From an uncultured SAR86 cluster bacterium (lineage in GTDB: Bacteria > Pseudomonadota > Gammaproteobacteria > Magnimaribacterales > D2472): a DNA stretch of 60,761 bases. The stretch covers positions 1-60,761 of the forward strand of contig CABXFE010000003.1 in assembly GCA_902511425.1 (NCBI GenBank), written 5' to 3'. Positions 1 to 9,531 of the stretch are shown here, in pieces. The notes under the pieces were generated by a model. It was not told the DNA's origin, ran no database searches, and saw only the letters and a program-made list of their open reading frames with translations. Position 1 is the first letter of the stretch, and every line of letters starts with the position of its first letter. The translations under genes were made by a program, and so were the position numbers.

Positions 1-439
1 TAGATTTATGGAACTTGCATTAAGTTTAGCTGAGAAGGCATTCAAGGAAAATGAAGTGCCAGTTGGAGCAATAATTACTAAAGATAATAAAGTTATTGGC
101 TCTGGGTTTAATCAGGTAATTTCACGGAACTCGGTAACTGCGCATGCAGAAATAATTGCAATCAATAATGCAGCTAAAATTGTTAATAATTATAGGTTGA
201 TAGGCTGTAATATGTATGTTTCTTTGGAGCCATGCCATATGTGCGCTAAAGCTATTGTTGATGCAAGGATAAGTAATTTATATTTTGCCGCAAAAGAGCC
301 CAAAACGGGATCTATAATTTCAATAGACAATTTCCTTGACTCCGATCATTTGAATCATAAAGTGCTCTATGCTTATGGAGATTTAGAAAATGAGTCAGCT
401 GCATTGCTAAGAAAATTCTTTAAATCTAAGCGTAACTGA
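1..439 (+). CDS. tadA: tRNA adenosine(34) deaminase; probably 5'-truncated by the window edge
   Basis: EVPVGA, HAE and LEPCxMC zinc motifs; the frame is open upstream of ATG 8 (aga ttt ATG). Confidence 0.9.
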   Translation, partial: RFMELALSLAEKAFKENEVPVGAIITKDNKVIGSGFNQVISRNSVTAHAEIIAINNAAKIVNNYRLIGCNMYVSLEPCHMCAKAIVDARISNLYFAAKEPKTGSIISIDNFLDSDHLNHKVLYAYGDLENESAALLRKFFKSKRN

Positions 440-476
440 AGAAAGTCTTAGTATGATAGGGTTAATAAAGTGTGTT

Positions 477-1286
477 TTATTTCAAGGTTATCCATACTGG
501 ACAGTGATCCGAGGGTTTTTCCATGGCCCTGGTAACATAATCTATGCCAGTCTCCTTAATTAGTGGCACCATATTTTCTGATATTAAAATATGATCAATT
601 CTTAGTCCTCTCTTAGGATTGTCATCAAACATTCTTGAGCGGTAATCAAACCATGAATAAATTGATCCCTCCTCAGGATTTTGTTTTCGCCATGAATCCA
701 CAAAACCTAAGTTTCTAATTTTATTCCACATTTCAATTTCTTCAGGTAGGAATGCAGTTTTGCCGTCACGAAGCCATCTTTTTACATTTTGCTCACCTAT
801 ACCAATATCTAAATCAGTCGGAGCAACATTAAAATCGCCCATTACAATTAAATTTTCTTCAATCTTCTTTATTTTTTTTATGTGCTTTTCTAAATCATCA
901 TAAAATTTTATTTTTTTTGGAAATTTAGTTTTATGGGATCTATTTTCTCCCTGGGGAAAATATCCATTCATGATTGTAATTTTTTTTCTTTTCCATTTAA
1001 AAGTAGCTTGAATGAATCTTTTTTGATCATCCTCTGAATCACTTACAAAACCTTTTTGTACATTCTCAGGCTTTTTTTTACTTAGAATTGCGACTCCATA
1101 GTGGCCTTTTTGCCCCCAAAATTCTGGGTGATACCCAATTTTTTTAATTTCATCAATCGGAAACTCAGGATCATTTACTTTAGTTTCCTGTATTCCAATT
1201 ACATCAGGATCGATGGTATCTCGCAGATGAATAAGTTGGTGAGGGCGAGCTCTTATGCTATTTATATTAAAAGATACAATTTTCAT
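477..1286 (-). CDS. xthA: Exodeoxyribonuclease III
   Basis: SFNINSIRAR, QETKV, GDFN, RGLRIDH, SDHCPV motifs. Confidence 0.95.
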   Translation of the reverse strand: MKIVSFNINSIRARPHQLIHLRDTIDPDVIGIQETKVNDPEFPIDEIKKIGYHPEFWGQKGHYGVAILSKKKPENVQKGFVSDSEDDQKRFIQATFKWKRKKITIMNGYFPQGENRSHKTKFPKKIKFYDDLEKHIKKIKKIEENLIVMGDFNVAPTDLDIGIGEQNVKRWLRDGKTAFLPEEIEMWNKIRNLGFVDSWRKQNPEEGSIYSWFDYRSRMFDDNPKRGLRIDHILISENMVPLIKETGIDYVTRAMEKPSDHCPVWITLK

Positions 1287-1289
1287 ATT

Positions 1290-3407
1290 TTATGCTGCTT
1301 TAGATAGGTAAATGTTTTGATCAAATATTGCATAGTCTGAAAGTATTTGCATACCTTCATTTAGAAGATAGTCATTATCAATATCTATCTCAGAATCTCT
1401 CTCATCATCTTCAGTTTCCTTGGCATCATTGTAATCCTGCATAGCCTTGTAAGAATTAAAAGTTTCTAAATTAAGAGAAGCGCGTCTTTTGTTCTCTATA
1501 TCTAAAGCCCATAATTGTCTTTCTTCTTTTTCAACTCTTCTATTAGTCAAGTTCAAAGAGATCACCTCCTTATTTTTTTGGATCTCATATCTTTTTCTTA
1601 TATCAAGGATGTATTGTAAGTTAGGACTTTGGTCTACTCTTGTTAAATGTTCATTATTTAATTTGGAAATCAAAGTTGGTATCATAGAGAATTTCTTGAA
1701 ACGTACTGGTTTAATTTCATCCCATGGAAGAGCCGTATCGTATGAACTTTCACCAATTTCTTCAATATCCCATGTGCTTGGTAATGTAATATCGGGATGT
1801 ATGCCTTTGCTTTGCATTCCAGCCCCAGTAATTCTATAAAACTTTGATTCAGTAATCTTGATTTGCCCTGAGCTCAAATTATCTAATTTTTGAACAGTCC
1901 CTTTACCAAATGTTTTTTGTCCAATGATTATTCCCCTTTGATAATCTTGAATAGCTCCTGCAAAAATTTCTGATGCAGATGCAGAATATCTATCCACCAT
2001 AACTGCCATTGGTTTTTTCCAAATTTGCTTAGCTCGAGCATCTCCCCAGGGTCTTACGCTGCCATTACTCTCTTTGACTTGCAGTGTGGCTCCAGAGGAA
2101 ACAAATAATCCAGTTAATTTATTTGCCTCAAAGAGCGAGCCACCGGAATTACCTCGGAGGTCAATTAAGACAGCATCAACTCTTTGATCAGCAAATGTTC
2201 TTAGTATGGTTTCAACATCTTTTGAGCTGCTTCTATAATTAGGATCTCTGTTTCGCCATGCTTTGAAGTCTATATAAAAAGCCGGTAAATCTATTATGCC
2301 AACTTTTATTGTTTGCAAATTTCTTTGGATTTCAACTATTCTTGATTTTGCTGCTTGTTCCTCAAGTTTTACCTCTTCTCTTGTAATTGTTACAAATTTT
2401 CTTTCACTAAAATCCTCTGTTTTTCCTGGAATAAGCTCTAATTCAACTTGAGTGCCAGCTTTACCACGAATTAATTGAACCACTTCATCTATTCTCCATC
2501 CCACTACATCAGTTGGAGCTGAATTGGATTCTTCAACTTGAGATATCTTTACTATTTTGTCATCTGGATGAATTTTTCCTGTTTTTTCTGCTGGACCCCC
2601 AGGTACAACACTTACTATGGTCGGATAATCATCTTCTGTTGTAAGCAAGGCTCCAATTCCCTCAAGCTTAAGACTCATTGTCATTTCAAAATCCTCAGCT
2701 GATTTAGGAGAGAAGTATGATGAATGTGGATCAAAATAGGACGTCAAATTATTCATAGAAATTGAAAAGATATCTTCCTCATTTCTTTGAGAGATTCTAC
2801 GGAGTCTATTTTTATATCTTTTCTCAATAGTTTTTGTTGCTTCGTCTAATTCTTTATCGGCAAGTATGGATGTTAAAACATCATTTTTTGCTAGTTTTCT
2901 CCATACTTTTTTAAGTTCAAATTTGCTCTTTTGCCATTTTTTTTGATCATCATCAATTAAGATAATTTCTTCTTTTGTAAAATCAAAATTCTTTTTAGAA
3001 ACTTCTCTGAGTTGATAGTTAGTTGCCTCAATTAGTCGGTTAAAGTAAAGATTTATAAATGCAAACTCAGACTTTAAGTCTATTGAGCAAAGAGAGGCTT
3101 TTGAGTATTTTTTTTTAAAGCTAGCTACATCGTCAAATCGAGAAAATTTCCTTTTAAATGAAGCCATTTCATTTTCTGTGAAATATATTTTCTGTGAATC
3201 TAGCTGATCCACCAATGCATCAAATATTTCAGAATTAATGGAGGTCAAGTCCTTATCATTAAAAAAATGTTCATTGACCATCTTTTTATAAATTTCCTGA
3301 CACAGAAATTGTTTTTCCTCTGATACCGGTATATTTATTTTTGCCCCAACGCCAATGCTCAGTAACAGTATCGCTAAGAAGCTAAAAGCTTTTTTCTGTT
3401 TAAACAA
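1290..3407 (-). CDS. prc: Carboxy-terminal processing (tail-specific) protease, S41 family
   Basis: DPHS, LEGIGA (PDZ), DLRGNSGG, SASASEIFAG, FGKGTVQ; N-terminal signal-like segment; TTG start uncertain. Confidence 0.92.
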   Translation of the reverse strand: MFKQKKAFSFLAILLLSIGVGAKINIPVSEEKQFLCQEIYKKMVNEHFFNDKDLTSINSEIFDALVDQLDSQKIYFTENEMASFKRKFSRFDDVASFKKKYSKASLCSIDLKSEFAFINLYFNRLIEATNYQLREVSKKNFDFTKEEIILIDDDQKKWQKSKFELKKVWRKLAKNDVLTSILADKELDEATKTIEKRYKNRLRRISQRNEEDIFSISMNNLTSYFDPHSSYFSPKSAEDFEMTMSLKLEGIGALLTTEDDYPTIVSVVPGGPAEKTGKIHPDDKIVKISQVEESNSAPTDVVGWRIDEVVQLIRGKAGTQVELELIPGKTEDFSERKFVTITREEVKLEEQAAKSRIVEIQRNLQTIKVGIIDLPAFYIDFKAWRNRDPNYRSSSKDVETILRTFADQRVDAVLIDLRGNSGGSLFEANKLTGLFVSSGATLQVKESNGSVRPWGDARAKQIWKKPMAVMVDRYSASASEIFAGAIQDYQRGIIIGQKTFGKGTVQKLDNLSSGQIKITESKFYRITGAGMQSKGIHPDITLPSTWDIEEIGESSYDTALPWDEIKPVRFKKFSMIPTLISKLNNEHLTRVDQSPNLQYILDIRKRYEIQKNKEVISLNLTNRRVEKEERQLWALDIENKRRASLNLETFNSYKAMQDYNDAKETEDDERDSEIDIDNDYLLNEGMQILSDYAIFDQNIYLSKAA

Positions 3408-3435
3408 GATAATTAATTTACAATATTTATTAATA

Positions 3436-4047
3436 ATGAAAGCTAACTATATAGAATTTTACTTTGACTGTTCAAGTCCCTGGACATATTTAGCATTTGC
3501 CGAAATTGTATCATTATCACAAAGACATGAGCTAGATATAGACTGGAAGCCAGTGCTGGTTGGAGGAGTTTTTAATACCGTTAATCAAGACGTGTATGAG
3601 TTTAGAAAAAAACCTAATCCTTTAAAGCTCAGCTACTCAAATGATGACTTACATTTATGGTCAAAGGTTAGAGGAATTAGCATTAGTTTTCCGGAAGTAT
3701 TTCCAGTTAATTCCGTCAAGGCAATGCGAGGTTGTTTATTTGCCAACAAAGAAAATCTATTAGCTAAGTTTGCAGATAACGTATTTCAAGCTTATTGGAG
3801 TGAAGGCAAGGATATCAGCCAGGAAGACTTATTGGTTGATATTGCTAAGAATTCTAACTTAGATACTGAAGAATTTAAAAAATTCATAGCTTCGCAGGAG
3901 GCAAAAGATCTATTGATCAAAAACACTGATGAATTAATTGAGCGAGGGGGTTTTGGTTCTCCGACTTTTTTTTATAAAGAAAAAATGTTTTTCGGCAATG
4001 ATCGCTTACATCTTTTAGAAGAAGCAATTTCAAAAAATTTAATTTAA
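3436..4047 (+). CDS. 2-hydroxychromene-2-carboxylate isomerase / kappa-class GST (DsbA-fold) family protein
   Basis: FYFDCSSPWTY, FP.NS, GGFGSPTF, FFGNDR; ATG 3436 preferred over 3355, which overlaps prc. Confidence 0.85.
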   Translation: MKANYIEFYFDCSSPWTYLAFAEIVSLSQRHELDIDWKPVLVGGVFNTVNQDVYEFRKKPNPLKLSYSNDDLHLWSKVRGISISFPEVFPVNSVKAMRGCLFANKENLLAKFADNVFQAYWSEGKDISQEDLLVDIAKNSNLDTEEFKKFIASQEAKDLLIKNTDELIERGGFGSPTFFYKEKMFFGNDRLHLLEEAISKNLI

Positions 4048-5129
4048 ACCTGCGTTTTATATGCTTCTTCTCGAATAAGTTCTGGGCTACCAAGAATTTG
4101 ACGATTTAATCCAATTCGTTTGAACCAATAATGCAGGCCAAGCAAATCTGTAAAACCCATGCCGCCATGAACCTCTATGGCTTTCTTCGCTATGCCTTTG
4201 CTCATTTCGGAGACGTGTGCTTTTGCATGACAAGCCATTAATCTAGCCTCAGCAGGAGAATGGTCATGGCAATGCGCAGCGTGCCAAACTAATGCATAGC
4301 AGGGCTCCAAGTCAGCGGCCATCTCTGCGCACATATGCTTTACAGCCTGGAATGATCCTATTGCTCTGCCAAATTGCTTTCGCTCCTTAGCATAATCTAC
4401 TGCCTTGTCTATCATGGTTTGTGAAGCCCCAAGAGAATCTGCAGCAAGCATAATCCTACCAGTATCAATTGCTTGATTGATTGGATTTATTGAATCAGAT
4501 GAATGTTCCAGCAGTTCTGCTTCTAAGTTCTTGCAAATTACCTCTGTATATTGTCTGGTTTTATCCACTGTGGTTAGTTTGACTATTTCTAAGTCTGCAG
4601 ATTTTGCATCTACAACAAATATCTGACCTTTTTCATCTGCAAGCAATAAATGTGTTGCGTCATTTGCATCGAGCACAAACATAGCTCTTCCGTTTAATGT
4701 GCTGTCTGAAAAAGTTATTCCAGCATCATTTCTTTTGCCAATGAATTCACTAAACCCAACTCCAAAACGATTTTCATTAGAGGCAATTTTAGAAAGATAA
4801 TTTTCTTGCTGAGTTTTACTACCTGCATGTTTAATAGCTGTTGGCGCCATAACATAGGGTGCAATAAATGGAGTAGGGCCCACCCCACCTCCCAAAGCTT
4901 CTGAAACAACAGCTGCAAAAAGCAAATCCAGGCCTAGGCCACCAAATTCTTCTGGAATTAATAGCCCATTTATACCTAGATTAAGAAGACCTTGATGAAT
5001 CTCCGCAGAAAGATTTTTTTTATCACCGCTAGTAATATGTTTAATATTATCTATGGTGGCATGCTCTGCTAGATACTTTTTTACATTGTCCTGAAAAAAG
5101 GATTGTTCTTCTGATAAGCCAAAATACAT
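4044..5129 (-). CDS. Acyl-CoA dehydrogenase, short (likely non-catalytic) subunit of a heteromeric pair
   Basis: RKQFGRAIGSFQAVKH, HGGMGFT; lacks the C-terminal IxEGT/IxGGT motif; adjacent to a long ACAD. Confidence 0.85.
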   Translation of the reverse strand: MYFGLSEEQSFFQDNVKKYLAEHATIDNIKHITSGDKKNLSAEIHQGLLNLGINGLLIPEEFGGLGLDLLFAAVVSEALGGGVGPTPFIAPYVMAPTAIKHAGSKTQQENYLSKIASNENRFGVGFSEFIGKRNDAGITFSDSTLNGRAMFVLDANDATHLLLADEKGQIFVVDAKSADLEIVKLTTVDKTRQYTEVICKNLEAELLEHSSDSINPINQAIDTGRIMLAADSLGASQTMIDKAVDYAKERKQFGRAIGSFQAVKHMCAEMAADLEPCYALVWHAAHCHDHSPAEARLMACHAKAHVSEMSKGIAKKAIEVHGGMGFTDLLGLHYWFKRIGLNRQILGSPELIREEAYKTQV

Positions 5130-5130
5130 T

Positions 5131-6354
5131 TTATGCTTCCTCTACTTTTGGTTCTTTGGGCATGCCTAGACCTCGCTCGGCAATGATATTCTTTTGAATT
5201 TGACTGGTTCCTCCACCGATAATGAGACCGAGAAAATACATGTATATGAATTGCCATGTGCCGTCATTTTTAAGATGCGGGCTATCTTCATACAAGGTTC
5301 CAATCTCACCCATCACATCAATGGCAAGGCCTTCTAATTCATGCCTTAACTCTGTTCCAGTGAGTTTTTGTATCATTTTGCCTATCTTGACATCAGCTCC
5401 TGGATTTAACTTAGCTGATAACAGTCTTAAGGCATGCGATTGTTGTGCTAAAACTTTGCCTTGAATTTGCATTAATCGATCTCGGTAAATTGGATGCTCG
5501 ATTAATGGCTTTCCATCTAACGTTTCTTCTTTCATTAGATGCATCAGCATATTTACTCTATTCATGGTTGCATCTGGTGGAGCCAAGGAACCTCTTTCAT
5601 GCCCTAAAGTCGCATTTGCAACGGCCCAGCCTTCACCTCTTTTGCCTACAATATTGCCTGCAGGAATTTTTACATCTGTAAAAAAGACTTCATTAAATCC
5701 AGCCTTCAAAGTCATATCAACAAGTGGTCTAATTTCAATACCTGAGCTATCCATTGGGATCAATAAGTAGCTTATTCCAGCATGTTTTGGTGCATCTGGT
5801 TCAGTTCTAACAAGACAAAAACACATTTGTGAGTATTGGGCGGTACTGGTCCATATTTTTTGACCATTAATCACCCATTCATCTCCAACTAAGTCCCCCT
5901 TAGTTTGTAAACTTGCCAGATCACTCCCCGCATTTGGCTCAGAGTAACCTTGGCACCAAATCATTTCTCCATGAAGTGTAGGTTTGATATAGGTTTGTTT
6001 TTGTTCCTCAGTACCCATCTCCAATAGAGTGGGAACGAGCATATCAATCCCTTGACCACCCATTGCTCCCGGAGTGTTAGATTTTGAAAATTCTGCAGCA
6101 ATAATTCTGCTTTTTAGAATATCTGCTTCGCCGCCATATCCTCCATATTCTTTTGGCACTGAGCGAGCAAAATAGCCATTTTCAATTAAGGTTTTTTGCC
6201 ATTCAGACCTAGACATTTGGGGGCCATCAGAACCTCCTGAACTTCCTAATGGATTATTAGAACCATCCGTAAAAGACAATCCTTTATATTTTTCACAAAA
6301 GCTTTCAACCTCTTTTGTGAAGTCTTGATATTCAGGCCCGTATTCTAAATCCAT
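5131..6354 (-). CDS. Acyl-CoA dehydrogenase, long (likely catalytic) subunit
   Basis: WCQGYSEPNAGSDLASL, GQKIWTS, FNEVFF, LGHER, IGGGTSQIQKNII. Confidence 0.9.
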   Translation of the reverse strand: MDLEYGPEYQDFTKEVESFCEKYKGLSFTDGSNNPLGSSGGSDGPQMSRSEWQKTLIENGYFARSVPKEYGGYGGEADILKSRIIAAEFSKSNTPGAMGGQGIDMLVPTLLEMGTEEQKQTYIKPTLHGEMIWCQGYSEPNAGSDLASLQTKGDLVGDEWVINGQKIWTSTAQYSQMCFCLVRTEPDAPKHAGISYLLIPMDSSGIEIRPLVDMTLKAGFNEVFFTDVKIPAGNIVGKRGEGWAVANATLGHERGSLAPPDATMNRVNMLMHLMKEETLDGKPLIEHPIYRDRLMQIQGKVLAQQSHALRLLSAKLNPGADVKIGKMIQKLTGTELRHELEGLAIDVMGEIGTLYEDSPHLKNDGTWQFIYMYFLGLIIGGGTSQIQKNIIAERGLGMPKEPKVEEA

Positions 6355-6367
6355 AATTCTTCCCTAT

Positions 6368-7159
6368 TTATTTCCAATTAGGTTTTCTTTTTTCTAAAAA
6401 TGCAGCAATACCTTCCTTAGCATCATCACCTTTAAAACATTTAGCAATTTGTTTTTGTAAATAAGGCAGAGCCTCGTCAAATTCTAAAGCGTCTTGTTTC
6501 TCATATGCCTCTAGACCAAATTGCATAGTGCCTGGCGCCAGACTAGCTAGTTCTTCAGCCAGCTCGCTAACTCTTTTATTCAATTCACTAGCCGCTACAG
6601 ATTCATTAATCAACCCCCATCTTTCAGCCTGACTGGCATTGATGGGCTGACCTCGCATAATAAAATCAAGCCCAGCTCTTTTAGGCATCACTCTGAATAA
6701 TCCAGCCATGACCATAAAAGGCCACAAGCCTCTGTGTATCTCAGGCGCTGAAAACTTTGCAGTATCGACTGCTATGGCATGTGTTGCATTGGTTAAAATC
6801 AACAAGGCTCCGGCTAAAACAGAGCCTTGAATTTTGCATATAGCTGGTTTGTGCAGTCTTCTAAGAGAGAAACTGATATCATCTGCACCCTTTATTTTTG
6901 GGACATTAGAATCTTCTTTAGCAAGCCTTAGATCAGCTCCGGCACAAAAAATATCTCCTTCCGCATCAATAACAACAACTCTGATTTCTTTTTCTTGTTT
7001 TGCGAATGCTAAAGCATAATTCAGCTCATTCATCATCACATTATTTAATGCGTTTTTTTTCTCAGGTCGATTTAATGTAATAGTTAAAATATTATTTTTA
7101 ATACTTACTTTGGTTGCTTGAAAATTCAAACCCTCTAAAGATAATTTATCTACACTCAT
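6368..7159 (-). CDS. Enoyl-CoA hydratase/crotonase, AtuE/LiuC-like
   Basis: LNRPEKKNAL, FCAGADL, PE motif; first catalytic Glu position not Glu (AGALL); EGIAAFLEKRKPNW. Confidence 0.85.
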   Translation of the reverse strand: MSVDKLSLEGLNFQATKVSIKNNILTITLNRPEKKNALNNVMMNELNYALAFAKQEKEIRVVVIDAEGDIFCAGADLRLAKEDSNVPKIKGADDISFSLRRLHKPAICKIQGSVLAGALLILTNATHAIAVDTAKFSAPEIHRGLWPFMVMAGLFRVMPKRAGLDFIMRGQPINASQAERWGLINESVAASELNKRVSELAEELASLAPGTMQFGLEAYEKQDALEFDEALPYLQKQIAKCFKGDDAKEGIAAFLEKRKPNWK

Positions 7160-8931
7160 ATGTTTTCCTCAAATAAAGATTTAGGTATATCTGCATACTT
7201 AGCTCTTAAGTATTCCCCGAGAGATTTAGCTTGGCCATCTTTCCTAGTGTTAGAAGAAACTCCATCTTCTAATATGTCATGGATGTAAAAATTTAGTGAA
7301 AGTATGTTTGGAAGCTCATACCTATCTATTTCAAATTTCCTTATGTCAGGCATCAATTCTTTAATTTTTTCGACAGTTAGATAATTATTTAAAAAAGAGA
7401 ATGCATTTTCATTTTTTGCCCATACACCGATATTCGCACAACCGCCTTTATCACCAGATCTAGCACCAAAGAGCTCTCCTAATGGTTTGTTGAGAGTTTG
7501 ACCCGATGGAGGAGGAGGTATTTCAATTGGTTGTTTTTGATAATAGGTTTCTTCTAAATCAAGTTGATTAGTTGGCTTTACATTAATTTCTTTGCCGTCT
7601 ATATGAACAGTCTCTTCTATGTGTTTGCTATCTATCAAAGCAGGCCAATAGACTAAGACCGGTCCTCCAGATCTTACTCCGCCTCCAGTAAAAAATCCTG
7701 GATAATTGGCTAAAGCCAGCTCTATCATTTTTGCTGTAAACATTCTGCCAACTAAATCAGGATCTTTTGATTTGACCGAAATTCTAAGAGAGGCCATTGC
7801 TTCTTCATTAGAATTGGGATCTTTTTTGTCGGTTCTATCTAATAAAATTGAAACCTCATCAAATTGCTCTTTGCCTCCAACAGAGTTAAATAGTGCATCA
7901 CTTATAATTTGAGCTTTTTCTTCAATATCCATGCCTGTAAGAATAAACTCCATACCATTTCTATAACCACCACCAAGATTAATACAGACTTTGTGAGTAT
8001 TAGTTGGTGAGCTTCCCCTACAACCTGTTACATAAACTCTGTCTTTGGAGACTTCCTCAATATTCAAGGTATCAAAATGAGCTATGACATCTGGATTTAA
8101 GTATGCAGGAGCGCTAATTTCATATAAAAGCTGCGCTGTTACAGTTCCGGTAGATACTAAACCCCCAGTGCCTGGATGTTTGGTAATGTAAAAACTTCCA
8201 TCGTTTTTGATTTCAGCTATTGGATAGCCCACATTGTCAAAGCTGGGCACCTCTTTAAAAAAAGAATAGTTCCCGCCAGTTGCCTGGCAACCACATTCAA
8301 TGATATGACCGGCTGCCAATGCACCAGCCAATGCATCATAGTCATCTCTCTTCCAATTAAATTTCCATGCTGCTGGACCAATGACTACTGCAGCATCCGT
8401 CACCCTTGGGCATACTACAATATCAGCTCCCTCATCTAATGCTTCTTTAATTCCCCAAGCTCCAAGATAAGCATTTGCTGTGAGTATTTGACATCCTGAT
8501 TTATCAATCGGGATATTTTTATCAATATTAAAAAATGATTCTCCTTCATTTTTTAAGGACTCCATTCTTGGTATTAAATCATCGCCAGTTATGTAAGCTA
8601 CTTTTAGAGAAATATTGAGGTCATCTAAGATTTTTTCTATTTCATTAGCCATAGAAGAGGGGTTCAAGCCACCCGCATTTGTAACAATTTTAATATTTTT
8701 CTCTTTGCATGACTTAGCTACTGCTTTCACTTGTTTGAGAAAAGTACCCACGTATCCCTTATCATCTCCTCGCTGCATCTTTTGATTAAAAAGAATTGTC
8801 ATGGTGAGTTCTGCTAAATAGTCTCCAGTCAGTACATCTATAGGTCCTCCATCCACCATTTCTTTAGCAGCAGATAATTTATCTCCGTAATAGCCGCTAC
8901 AATTTGCAATCCTTATAATTTCTTTGCTCAA
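7156..8931 (-). CDS. Acyclic terpene utilization AtuA-family protein (DUF1446)
   Basis: IRIANCSGYYGD, GDYLAELTM, ANAYLG, AGHIIECG.QATGGN, AQLLYEI, ARSGDKGG. Confidence 0.9.
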   Translation of the reverse strand: MSKEIIRIANCSGYYGDKLSAAKEMVDGGPIDVLTGDYLAELTMTILFNQKMQRGDDKGYVGTFLKQVKAVAKSCKEKNIKIVTNAGGLNPSSMANEIEKILDDLNISLKVAYITGDDLIPRMESLKNEGESFFNIDKNIPIDKSGCQILTANAYLGAWGIKEALDEGADIVVCPRVTDAAVVIGPAAWKFNWKRDDYDALAGALAAGHIIECGCQATGGNYSFFKEVPSFDNVGYPIAEIKNDGSFYITKHPGTGGLVSTGTVTAQLLYEISAPAYLNPDVIAHFDTLNIEEVSKDRVYVTGCRGSSPTNTHKVCINLGGGYRNGMEFILTGMDIEEKAQIISDALFNSVGGKEQFDEVSILLDRTDKKDPNSNEEAMASLRISVKSKDPDLVGRMFTAKMIELALANYPGFFTGGGVRSGGPVLVYWPALIDSKHIEETVHIDGKEINVKPTNQLDLEETYYQKQPIEIPPPPSGQTLNKPLGELFGARSGDKGGCANIGVWAKNENAFSFLNNYLTVEKIKELMPDIRKFEIDRYELPNILSLNFYIHDILEDGVSSNTRKDGQAKSLGEYLRAKYADIPKSLFEENI

Positions 8932-9530
8932 GATTTATCCATTTTTATGCCATCAATAATGATTTTTGTTAAGAAGTTACTAGTTTTTTCAGGAGTTTGA
9001 TGCAAATCTTTTAAGAGTTTCTTAGATTGAAAATATCTACCAAGGCCTCCTAATAGTAATGCAGTTGCCTGAGTATCAATTTCCTTGATCTCATTTTTAA
9101 TTCTTGCTTCATCTAAAAGATTTTTTATTAGGTCTGTTATGTATTGCTCATGATAGTCCACCATTGGCTTAGACGAATTTAAACTACTAAGAGATAGTGT
9201 GAATCTTTCAAATCTTGGCCCAACTGCTTGATTGGCAACAGTTAAAAAACTTTCTAATTTTTTAATTGGAGATGAATGAATGTTCATTGCATCCATAGCA
9301 ATCTTACCGTGTTTTTTTAACACTCTATCAACGGTTGTCACTATAAGCTCCTCTTTGCTTGGTGCAATTTCGTATAGAGTTCTTAATGAAATTTTCAATT
9401 TTTTTGCAAGATCAGACATTGTTGAAAATGACTTTCCTTGATCAAGCATACTTTCTAGCTCATCCATCACCTCAAGATGACGCTTTCCAATTTGAGGTGA
9501 CTTGCTTGAGAGGATAGTTTGAGATTTCAT
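8928..9530 (-). CDS. TetR/AcrR-family transcriptional regulator
   Basis: HTH TMSDLAKKLKISLRTLYEIAPSKEEL; ATG 9530 lies just after the carboxylase stop and is preferred over 9578. Confidence 0.8.
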   Translation of the reverse strand: MKSQTILSSKSPQIGKRHLEVMDELESMLDQGKSFSTMSDLAKKLKISLRTLYEIAPSKEELIVTTVDRVLKKHGKIAMDAMNIHSSPIKKLESFLTVANQAVGPRFERFTLSLSSLNSSKPMVDYHEQYITDLIKNLLDEARIKNEIKEIDTQATALLLGGLGRYFQSKKLLKDLHQTPEKTSNFLTKIIIDGIKMDKS

Positions 9531-9531
9531 G

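Noticed and set aside
860..1150. Poly-T/poly-A runs of 7-9 nt in xthA, mazG and other genes as possible phase-variation tracts
   Set aside because: Explained by Lys/Phe codons in an AT-rich genome; frames are intact
3355..3435. Longer N-terminus of the DsbA-fold ORF; likewise the extended starts at 9578, 42672, 44740 and 50741
   Set aside because: They overlap neighbouring genes; downstream starts match the family N-termini
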